Shown: positions 54,376 through 64,000 of the stretch, piece after piece | Layout of the letters: each line of letters starts with the position of its first letter | Numbering within the stretch: the stretch's first letter is position 1 | Assembly (NCBI GenBank): GCA_020184695.1 | Contig: JAANOX010000224.1 | Location: forward strand, 62,001-126,000 | From: Histomonas meleagridis 2922-C6/04-290x | Lineage: Eukaryota; Protista; Parabasalia | Reading direction: 5' to 3' | Length of the DNA stretch: 64,000 nt | Notes under the pieces: model-generated | Database searches by the model: none | The model's input: the letters and a program-made list of their open reading frames with translations, nothing else | What the model was told of the DNA's origin: nothing | Position numbers and translations under genes: made by a program

Positions 54376-55155
54376 ATTCTAAAAATAAAATAATAATAAA
54401 TAGTGACTGATAAATTATTTGTTTGTTTTATAGCATGAAAACAAGATAAACAATAAGAAATAAAATCTAATTTATGCTTTTTTGGGTGAGAAAGCACATT
54501 TTGGCTTCTTGTGAATAAACTTCAGAATATTCAGTGGCTTTTTGGTCTGGCAAAAATTACATTTCGATGAATATCAGACTGAAAGTTAATGTAGGAACCT
54601 TAAAATGCTATAAGATAATTTTAAAATAACGCATGCAAGCAAATATGCAGTTTTTAAAATTGATCTTTTATTTTAACATAATCATTTTTAATGAAAAACC
54701 AAAATCTAATCATAATAAAAAGAATTTTTTTATTAAAAGTTTTCTCCAAAGATATTAAATATAGAGATTCATCAAAATTTCTTATATTAATGATTTTTAA
54801 AATACATACATTAATATTAAATCTTCATTTGCATCATTAAAATCAAGAGACACACTATCAGTGAGAAATATTTTTTCGTAAGAAATGTTTGAACAATAAC
54901 TCATTATTTATACTTCATGTATACATAGAAAAATATATACAATGAAAATGTTATTTCCAATATAAAAAAAATAAATATGATGAATAATAAATATTAAATA
55001 GCATCATTCGATACAATTATTTGATTTAGATAATATTCTTTATAACACATTCCTTTGATTTATAAAATCTAGTTCATTTATTGTTTTCATAAATTTCGAA
55101 CAATATGAGTGAGTTAATATTTCATTAAAAAATACAATTAACGTAAAAAAAATTT

Positions 55156-55893
55156 TTATTTCAATATCTTTATTTCTGTTTCAAGTTTAGGCATTTCGAA
55201 GTTATGAATGTCAATGTGTTGAAATTCTTTATTATTTCCGAAATATATAAAACTTTTAATTTTCTTTAAGTCATTATAGAAAGTCAAACAATAAAATGCG
55301 TAAAATATAGAGATGAAATATTCTCCAATTGTTGAGAGAGTTACGTTATATCTTACCGCAAAAATTTGTTCACTAAAAGCGGCAAGATTCAAAGATAGAA
55401 ATTGACAAATAATGAAAAAGAATCTAAGTCTGCGTTTTAAAGTTGGAGTGTCTTTCCAAGTAATTTTGTGTCCTATAAGTTGTATGATCGTAATATTGAA
55501 AAATGCAAGATATGTTGACAAATAATGGAAAATTGGAATTTCATCACATGGAAAAATTGGAATTAATATGAAGTATACATACGCTAAAAATAAGAGTGTG
55601 TATAAATCGCTTTTTAACTTGTCTGAGATAGAATAAAATTTGTAAAGATAAAAAATGTAATACATGAAAAATGAAAACACCACATTCCCTACAACAGAGA
55701 AGCAGAGAAACATGACAAATTTATTTGGTGATTCTAATCCTGTTTCTGAAACTGTTGGAAGATAACCTGCTAACCTTTCTTGTGTAATAAAGACTGTTAA
55801 TAAAACTACATTTATTGCTGGTGGGAAAAAGGCATTAATAATTACGAGAGTTTTTAATCCATAATTTAATTTTTCTCTCCTTTTCCTCGCCAT
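55156..55893 (-). CDS. Frag1/DRAM/Sfk1 family multi-pass membrane protein
   Basis: YLPTVSETG, FHYLSTYLAF, GEYFISIFYAFYCLTFYNDL. About 6 TM segments. Confidence 0.75.
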   Translation of the reverse strand: MARKRREKLNYGLKTLVIINAFFPPAINVVLLTVFITQERLAGYLPTVSETGLESPNKFVMFLCFSVVGNVVFSFFMYYIFYLYKFYSISDKLKSDLYTLLFLAYVYFILIPIFPCDEIPIFHYLSTYLAFFNITIIQLIGHKITWKDTPTLKRRLRFFFIICQFLSLNLAAFSEQIFAVRYNVTLSTIGEYFISIFYAFYCLTFYNDLKKIKSFIYFGNNKEFQHIDIHNFEMPKLETEIKILK

Positions 55894-56717
55894 TCAACTA
55901 ACCGTCACTTTCCATTTCACTTCATATTTCACTGTCAATTTTTCATATCGCATTTGATACAAAACATTTTCGAAATTATTTCATCGATTTTGATAAATAT
56001 TTATGATAAATACGATATATTAAGTAAATATTTATTTAATATTAAATATAAGACATACAATGAAGGGTAAATCAGTCATTTTTAAAATATTTACAAAAAT
56101 TATGCAACTTATAAAATAATAGCTCAGAAAAACGGAAGAAAAAATTAAAAAAAAATATTGAAAATTTTCATGTTTATAAACTACAAAATTTATCATAAGA
56201 CTAATCTATTATTAAGGTAATATTAAAATAGAAAATACATTAAAACATTTTTATTATCCTAAAATCGGAATTCTTTCCTAATGGGATCTATTAGAGGCAA
56301 GTTCAGCGGCAATGCCAACTTCGTTCCTTTGTATATTACCCTACAATTGGGCAATTGTACGCATCCATCATATAAATCTTGTGCATCATTGAAGATATTT
56401 ATAAATGGTCAAAACTAGAATGTTTCCATTTTTCATCATAAAGCTATGAATAGGAAAAATTTATTAAAAGTTTTGAAATAAGGAACTGTTTTTCTTAGAG
56501 GCTTTATAATTAATTAGATGTTTTTTGTGATCTTTATGCATAAAGAAAAATCAGTAAATTTTAAAATCAATTAATATGATGAATGAATAACACAAATGAT
56601 TTTAATATTTTCATAGGATATTGTTCTATAAGCAAAAATAAACTTAAATATACACAATTAAAATCTAAGAGAACAAATTATGGAGGAAAAAAGAAATGAT
56701 TATCGAAAGATACATTT

Positions 56718-58733
56718 TTATTTAATATGCAAATAATCATGTAAAAATTCAATAACATTAGGTTCAGCAATTTCTTCAAAGAAGGTAAAAACTGTAAAAA
56801 ATAATATGAATAAATTCCAAATTTTAAAAAGAATTATGGTATAATTTCAATGAATTTTATCTGTAATATTTAAATCAATTCCTTTATGTTTAACAAGTAA
56901 TTTAACAACTTCAAGATTATTATGTGCAAACATAATTGCAACACGAAATATTTTAATGAATTTCCAAAATTAATATATAAATTTCAAATATAAAAAATTG
57001 CTATTATTTTTAATATTTAAATCAATTCCTTTATGTTCAAGAAGTAATTTAACAATATTGATATTATCACTAGAAACTGCATATATTAAAGCTGTATCAA
57101 AAATATAAAATTTATTCCAAATATAATATTTTTACTGTAAATAATTGAAATTAACAAAGAATTAAAAAAAGTAACATTTTGAGCATTAATATCAATATCT
57201 TTTTGCTTTAAAAGTAATTTAATGATTTTGATTGTGCATGATTCATTGTTTGAAAAAATTATGGAAAGACATGCAAAAATTAGTGTTGTGTTAAATTATT
57301 TATTAAAACTCCAAATATAATTTTAAAACATAAAATAAATGAAAGAAATATTATATAAAACAAATATATATCTTTACTACTGCAATCAATTCCTTTTTCT
57401 TTGAAAAGTAACTTAAATATTTCTAAATATCCATATGATGCTGCTACTGAAATTGCTGTTACAAACAAAAGAATAAAATTCCAAATGTTTTCCAAAAATT
57501 TCAAATATTCTCAATAAAATTCAAAAATAATAAACAAAAATTTTTACCATTAATATCAAAACCTTTATGTTCAAGAATGAATTTAACCAGTTCAATATTA
57601 CCTGTATTAACTGCATATGGTAAAATATTAGTTGGAATACAATTTTCTTCAAGAAAATATTTAACAAGTAAAAAATTATTATTTTTTGCTGCTTCATTAA
57701 TCATAGAATCATCAATTTTCATTCCTTCATTTGTTAAATATAACAAAATTTCGTAGTTATTATATTTAATACAAATCTCACCTAATTTAGATATATTATT
57801 AATTTCATTAGTTTTATTTTCATAAAGATATTTAAAAATATCATTTCGATGAAATTGTATTGCTGTTTCATAAGCACCTTGAAATGTTGCATGATTTTGT
57901 TCACATAAATGAATTATTTCAAGATTCCCACCTGCAACTGCATATCTACCTGCGTTTGTTACATCAGCTTCGTTTAATAATAAATACTTAAAACATTTAA
58001 TTGATTTAAAAAATGCTGCATAATTAATAAGACTACATTCATAATTAACAAATGAATAACTTTCATAAAGTGATTTTTTAATATTTTGATTAAATTTGAA
58101 ATTTGGTATTGATGATATTTCTTGAAGTTTTTCAATATCATCATTTCGAATTATTGTAGCAATTTCATTTGGATTATGTTCTCCTTGTACATATTTCTTA
58201 TGAAGTTCCCAATCATTCTTTGATAGTTCATCAAAATTCTTAAAAAATTCTTCAGCATTATTGAAATAATATTTGATCTGAAATAATTCTTTTGGAAAAT
58301 ATTGAGCAAAATATAAATTTCTTTTATCTTCTAATTCTTCTGTTGTAATTATATTGTGTTCAAACATCTTCTCTAAAATATATTGCCATTCTTCACGATA
58401 ACAATTCCTGGAAAGATGTTTTACAAAAGTTTTAATTATTTCGCTGTCGTTTTTATGGATTTCTTTTTCTTTGATTTCAATTTTCTTCAAAAACTCAAAA
58501 TAAACTTTTGGGTTTTTTCGTTGTGAATAAAAAGATGAATATATTAATTTACATATTATAATATCAAATGAAATAGGAAAATAAGTAATGAGAAAATCAA
58601 CTTGTTCAACAAATGGAATTTGAACATTTTCTTCACTTAATTCAAAAACCATTTTTTTGAGCATCAACAATGTCTGCAAATTAACAATATTAGTGTCGAT
58701 GTTTAAAGTGGGTTTTGTATTATTATTTCCCAT
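56718..58733 (-). CDS. Second DUF3447/ankyrin protein: 398-aa N-terminus + 5 cassettes with split hairpin codons (reconstructed 569 aa)
   Basis: NLYFAQYF, IATIIRNDDIEKLQ, SLINYAAFFKSIKCFKYL. Cassettes start at 57459, 57289, 57095, 56942, 56795; TAA at 56720-56718. Confidence 0.85.
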
Positions 58734-59621
58734 TTGTCATCCAACAAATAACTATCAAGCCCGAAAATATCGATAATTTTTAACGGTCAATTCAGTTGTC
58801 AAATCCTCTTTTCAAGTAGGATTTGACAGTACGATAAGTATTCAAAATTGACACTTTTTTGGAAAACCAATGAAATTTTATAAATTCATTTATTCAGTAC
58901 ATGAAGCATCAAACGAATTTTTGAAAGTACCAAAAAAAATTCATATTACAATAACAAATTTTTGAAATTTTGCGTATATATCGAAATTCTTATTCCATTA
59001 TAAAAACTTTCCTTTTAAATAAAATTTTATATAACTTTGCTGAAATATACTAAAACAAATGTAGATCAGATTTATGCAAAAACAAATTGTAAAAATTAAT
59101 TTTTGATGGAAATACATAGTGATCAATTACTAGAAGGAAAAATTGAATATTTTTATCTAAAACTTACTCTAAAAAACGCACTTGAAATATGTATTTAATG
59201 TGTCATTTTATTTCATGTCTTGAAAAGGTATGGAGAAAAATGAATTTTCATAATTTTAACGTACAATTTCCGACCGTTTATTATGTCTTCATCAAACCGA
59301 CACATGTATAATGTAATGAAGAAAATGGGTTAAAATAATTTTACCTTGGGTAAAATTTTTGCCTGTAGAAAGGACAGACTCGTGATATGAACGAAAATGA
59401 GCCAAAGTAAATTTGATACCTTATAAAAGCTTAAATGCGCACAGTTTTTCAGAATGGTCAGAAGTTTAATGCTAATTATTTTTCGAGCCAGTATAAATCC
59501 AATTGATTGACCCAAAAAATGCTCTCAGAAAATCTATATCAAAAAGCGGAATTGTCTAGTTACCTTTAGAGGTTGGGTTGGATTTTGTTTTACCCAATAG
59601 AAAAAGGTAAAATATGCATCA

Positions 59622-59835
59622 TTATGTAATGTATACTTCAGCACTGACTATTTCTGCGTGCTCACCATTAGATGCGTGCAAAATATTGTATTAAGTACTT
59701 CAAATAATTTCAAAATATTATTTTGAATTTGAAAATTATTAAAATAAATATTCAATAAAACAAATAAATATCTTTTGCATCAACGCCAATTACTTCTTGT
59801 TCAAGAAGTAATTTGACAGTAATATAATTTCGCAT
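59622..59835 (-). pseudogene. Orphan ankyrin cassette pair with a complete 80-nt block; Gly slot mutated to TGA and downstream frameshift
   Basis: MRNYITVKLLLEQEVIGVDAKD, then block 59769-59690 giving N-S-*-N, then TIFC/ASNGEHAEIV. Confidence 0.7.
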
Positions 59836-60010
59836 TACAAAACATAATGTTTTAGTCATAACTTGATCAACACGACCGTTAACTTCAGCAGGTGAAGTTA
59901 ACCATTGAATTCGAAGTTATCGTTACCCGCATTCAAAACATTTGGCGGAAACCGGTTATTATCGTTTCAAATCACATTTCCCCTGAACTGCTCAAACCGT
60001 CAAATAACTT

Positions 60011-62128
60011 ATGTCTAACCTTGGCTCCTACGGCTCTCAGGATTACCAATCACCGGACGCCACACTAAATCCACAAACACCGATCATTGCCGGCAACGAT
60101 CCTCATGCACAAGCAGCGCAACAAGCGCAACAATTATTTCTCAGTCCAAAGTCTGAAGATCACACATTAGCCATGAAAATGCTTCTCGCCATGATGTCCA
60201 AAGGCTACGACGCGTCAGAGTTTTCTCCGTTTGTTGTTCAACAAGTTGCGTCACAAGATGCCGTATCTCGCCAACTTGCCTACGTGTATCTTAACCACTA
60301 TGCAGCAGAAAGTCCCGAAACGTCGATACTTAGCATCAACACATTTCAGCGCTCGCTCACTGATTCTGATCCAATTGTTCGTGCGTTAGCAATTAAAGTT
60401 ATGAGCTCGATCCGATCCAAAGAAATTCTTCCGGCGATACAAAACGCAGTTGTACAAGTGATTGGCGATCCATCGCCATATGTCAAAAAAGCAGCAGCAT
60501 ATGCAATGATCAAAGCCTCCGAAATGGAACCCAACGAAATCCCAACTTACATACCATTGATTGAACGACTTTTGGGCGATTCGTCTCCAATTGCATTTTC
60601 TGGTGCCATTGCCGCGTATTGGAGTCTCTGCCCCGACAACATCGAACTCCTTCACCCGTACTTCAAGAGCATATGCCAAAACATCAAAAAACTTGACGAG
60701 TGGTCACAGATGATAACACTTCGCGCGTTGACAACATATTCTCGTTATTGCTTCCGTAATCCGGACTTAGAAGACAACGATGAAGACGTATCAGCATTTT
60801 GGTTAGATACCGAAACTAAAGAGATCATATCTCCGGACCATTTGTTATTGATACATAGTGCGAAACAATTATTAAATTCGCCAAATCCAGCGGTGGTAAT
60901 GGCAGCAGTTTCATTATTGTTTTATACTGCACCATCAGCACATATATCATCAGTTGCGAGACCTTTAGTTCGATTATTATATGAAGGACCAACAGTAGCA
61001 CAAATAGCTTTATCGACAATATTAACAATAGCGTCAGTTCATAATTATATATTTGTACCACATATAAATCATTTCTTTGTCAAACAAAACGATTCTTCAG
61101 CAGTGAAACAATTAAAGTTAAGAGTATTATCATTACTTGCTTCACCTTCAAATGCTGAAATGGTATTAAATGAATTGTCATTATATACCGGAAGTTCTGA
61201 TATTGAATTCGCTGCAACAGCTGTTCGAACTATGGGTAAAACGTCGATGTGCAGTGACGCAATTATACCTCAATGCTTAACTTCATTAATTAAATTAATG
61301 AGTAGAGCCGAAGGAAAAGTTTTGTCCGAAGTTGTGTTAGTTATTGCTCATATCTTACGTAAGAAACGTGGCACTGAAGATGAAACAGAAGCATTACATC
61401 AGTTATGTCGTAAGTTCTTAATAATTAAAGAGCCGCGTGCACGTGCTGCAGTTTTATCGATTGTCGGCGATATGTATGATACACATCCTGAATTCGCACC
61501 ACAATTACTTAGACATGTAGCGAATAACTTCTTGGAAGAATTAGGGCCTGTTAAACTTCAAGCATTAACTCTTTCGGCAAAATTGATATCGTCTGGAATA
61601 GATTCGAAAGTCCCATTATATGTCTTGAAAATTGGCGAACGTGATTCTGAATATGACGTTAGAGATAGAGCGAAGTTTTTGTTGGCGTTGATATCAAATT
61701 CTTCAAGTGAGATCAAAGATAACTTAAAGAATTTGTTGTTTCCCAAGAGATTACCTCCACAATGGACAAATATTGATAATGGATGTAGCGAATTTCAAAT
61801 CGGTACTTTCTCGCATTACTTCAATAGAGCTGTTGGTGATTATGAGCCATTACCTGATTGGGCACCTGAAAGTGAACTACCTGATGAATCAGTAAGAGCA
61901 CAAGCCAAAGTTTTGCCTGATGGTACAGCTGTAAGTGCTATTGGTGGTGATGAAGATGATGTAAATATTGATTTGGATGATTGGTTTACACAAAAAGATG
62001 ATGGTGATGATGGGGATGAATATGGCAGCGAATACTCTTATTCAGAAGAAGATTATGGTGATTATTCATATGAAGAAGAGGAACCAGAAGCGAATCAAGC
62101 AAATGATTCATTCGGTTTCTTCGATTAG
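60011..62128 (+). CDS. AP3B: AP-3 complex beta subunit (adaptin N domain)
   Basis: SINTFQRSLTDSDPIVRALAIKVMSSIR, LDEWSQ, PDHLLL...LLNSPNPAVVMAA, YDVRDRAKF, FQIGTFSH...YEPLPDW, acidic tail. Confidence 0.9.
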   Translation: MSNLGSYGSQDYQSPDATLNPQTPIIAGNDPHAQAAQQAQQLFLSPKSEDHTLAMKMLLAMMSKGYDASEFSPFVVQQVASQDAVSRQLAYVYLNHYAAESPETSILSINTFQRSLTDSDPIVRALAIKVMSSIRSKEILPAIQNAVVQVIGDPSPYVKKAAAYAMIKASEMEPNEIPTYIPLIERLLGDSSPIAFSGAIAAYWSLCPDNIELLHPYFKSICQNIKKLDEWSQMITLRALTTYSRYCFRNPDLEDNDEDVSAFWLDTETKEIISPDHLLLIHSAKQLLNSPNPAVVMAAVSLLFYTAPSAHISSVARPLVRLLYEGPTVAQIALSTILTIASVHNYIFVPHINHFFVKQNDSSAVKQLKLRVLSLLASPSNAEMVLNELSLYTGSSDIEFAATAVRTMGKTSMCSDAIIPQCLTSLIKLMSRAEGKVLSEVVLVIAHILRKKRGTEDETEALHQLCRKFLIIKEPRARAAVLSIVGDMYDTHPEFAPQLLRHVANNFLEELGPVKLQALTLSAKLISSGIDSKVPLYVLKIGERDSEYDVRDRAKFLLALISNSSSEIKDNLKNLLFPKRLPPQWTNIDNGCSEFQIGTFSHYFNRAVGDYEPLPDWAPESELPDESVRAQAKVLPDGTAVSAIGGDEDDVNIDLDDWFTQKDDGDDGDEYGSEYSYSEEDYGDYSYEEEEPEANQANDSFGFFD

Positions 62129-62495
62129 TTTTTTAATTTAAAAATCAATTTCAATTCTATCAAATTTGATGTTCTGCACTTTTGTGTAAGTTGTGTAACG
62201 TAAAGAAATGCAGTCACATTTTTGTAAGTTATTTAAAAAGTGGATAACGCGATTTGCATCGATCGAAAATAACACAAAAAGTGGGAATTTTCACACGCAA
62301 AATCATACATCATGAAAACTTGTAAAAATTGCAAGAAAAAATAGGATAGACGTATCAAAAATCTCAAATTTTTAAAACATTTTTTGTAGTAGAAATAATA
62401 ATAAATGGATCTTAATACAAGAATAAATGTCGAGCACAAAAAGTTCACTAAAAGATGTTTTTAAAACAAATTATGACAGCTTGTGAATTTGCTCT

Positions 62496-62771
62496 TTACC
62501 AAAAATCGAAATCACTGAATTCATGGGAACATGGATCAAAATCTGAAAATAGATATTCAGCTCTTGGTTTGTTTGTTGAGTGAGCGTCTCCAGTAGCGTT
62601 ACTTTGTTATAGAAATTCCTGAATCTTTTTACCTATTATTTCAAGTTTTTTGAATTCAGGATTGTTGACATCAATCTTTTCATCCTTGAGAGAAATAACG
62701 GTGCAATCATCATTTGGTACCGTAATTGTTATTGATTTAATTGTTTTCGGGTATGAACTCTTTCGTCCCAT
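62496..62771 (-). pseudogene. Small protein gene with one internal in-frame TAA
   Basis: MGRKSSYPKTIKSITITVPNDD...QEFL*(62609-62607)QSNATGD...FSDFDFW*. The frame is protein-like on both sides of the stop. Confidence 0.4.
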
Positions 62772-63654
62772 TAATAAAGTGAATTGGATCGTTCAACCAA
62801 AATCACTTCACCTTGTTAGTCATTACAACGAGTTTAGAAATTTTTGTATTCTATGATCACACAGAATTATTTGAAAGAGAGACCCACAAAAATAACCGTT
62901 TGACTGATGCTTGATTCATTTTCATAAATTTCATGAAAATTTCAAACCCAAAGTTATTATGAGAATTTTTGAGATAATAATGGTATGGCAAATGGAAATA
63001 TTTACCAGTAAATTAAGATAAAACATTCAAAATGTTGAATAACATTTGTTGTATTCTCACATGAGACATACACGTGTATTAATATTATATTTCTTCATAT
63101 TAGAAACTTTTAAAAGTTGCTTACACAACTCTAATCATTCGCAGTAACTAGTTAAATAACCATCTAAAATGAAATAACAAGTTGATCAATTATTTGTATA
63201 TAGGGATTAAGGTTAATTGTATTCTTTTAATAATTTCATAAACATGCATATAATTTAATGCCTCTACAAATGAAAGCATTTTTCACTTGAATGATTTGGT
63301 GTAGGTGGAGCGCACTTGTAGACATAAAAATTTACAGATACAATATACCTTTAAAGATTTCTGCTGATGTGTATGTAAGTTAGCAAGTCTTTAACTTGCA
63401 TTATGATTTAATGTAATTTTATCAATTTCTTTATTAGAATTGATGAAGGCATATTATTTTCGGCCTTTTTGATAAGCAATAAGTCTCACAATGAAAATAG
63501 CCAATTAAAACGTGGAAAAGCTATAAACGGTTTCCAAGTAATGGAAAAGTGTCAGAGCAAAAAGTGAAATATCTCTACGATCATTATGCATTTAATCACA
63601 ACGGTTTCAAACTGATGAATTGTTGCAAAAGAGAACTTCATTTTTGCGCAGCCA

Positions 63655-64000
63655 ATGGGAGAAGAACTTCACGCAAAAGTTTGCTTTACAAAAATGCTAA
63701 CACAAAAGAGAAAGAAGTGGGATGATGGAATAGCCATAATTAAACATTCAAAAGAATTTCAAAATCGATATAGATTTGAAATCAGAGATTTAGAAGGAAC
63801 AATAATCGAAAGTTCTATTTATAAAGAAGAAGGGGTTCCACCAGTTGGTGAAGATCTTCGAGTAGGAAAGCTTATAGTTAATATTGATTCATACGATTCA
63901 TGTTCAATTGAAGAAAAAAAGGAAAAACCACCTCCAAGGACATTAGTTCGTCCGATTCGAACAGCAGGTGCTAACAGATTTGTAACTCCTCGATCTATTC
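63655..64000 (+). CDS. DUF2439 (ZGRF1/Mte1 N-terminal-like) protein, runs off the window
   Basis: FTKMLTQKRKKWDDG matches the DUF2439 TxQKxKKxKxWxDG motif. Inr and AACGGTT upstream. Not in the ORF track because it has no stop. Confidence 0.65.
   Translation, partial: MGEELHAKVCFTKMLTQKRKKWDDGIAIIKHSKEFQNRYRFEIRDLEGTIIESSIYKEEGVPPVGEDLRVGKLIVNIDSYDSCSIEEKKEKPPPRTLVRPIRTAGANRFVTPRSI

Noticed and set aside
6658-62128. Apparent cluster of membrane-trafficking genes (Mon1, TRAPPC8-like, V-ATPase c, L-lectin, AP-3 beta)
   Set aside because: Widely spaced, interleaved with unrelated genes and on both strands. These are large families, so chance is adequate.

Overview
AT-rich, gene-dense eukaryotic DNA in the standard genetic code. 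It looks like a parabasalid (Tritrichomonas/Trichomonas-like): short 5' UTRs with TCA(C/T)T initiator motifs, DUF3447-type ankyrin genes and no recognisable GT-AG introns. The taxon is an inference. About 22 ordinary single-exon genes are present (Mon1, AP-3 beta, V-ATPase c, UBR4-like, RasGAP, profilin x2, CAMK kinase, L-type lectin, kelch, alpha/beta hydrolase and others), plus one tRNA-Ala(AGC). The standout is a hidden reading rule in three ankyrin-repeat loci (1-1184 +, 29428-32742 +, 56718-58733 -) and two orphan relics. The helical part of each repeat is a clean ~30-codon cassette, and cassettes are separated by ~80 nt of stop-rich AT sequence. Each 80-nt block parses as 4 x [17-nt insert + 1 codon]. 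Keeping only the single codons restores textbook ankyrin beta-hairpins (KD-KNGE-TAL, KD-KDGY-TAL, KN-KYGQ-TAL, KD-NYGN-T, TD-KHGF-T). There are 0 stops in 103 codon slots, and GGA (Gly) fills the consensus Gly slot in 16 of 17 junctions at the two DUF3447 loci. Two junctions lack exactly one 17-nt insert. The inserts are not GT-AG. This points to an apparently undescribed system of chained 3-nt micro-exons with 17-nt non-canonical introns (or ribosome/polymerase hops, or DNA-level excision). Expression has not been shown, and all parsing was done by hand.
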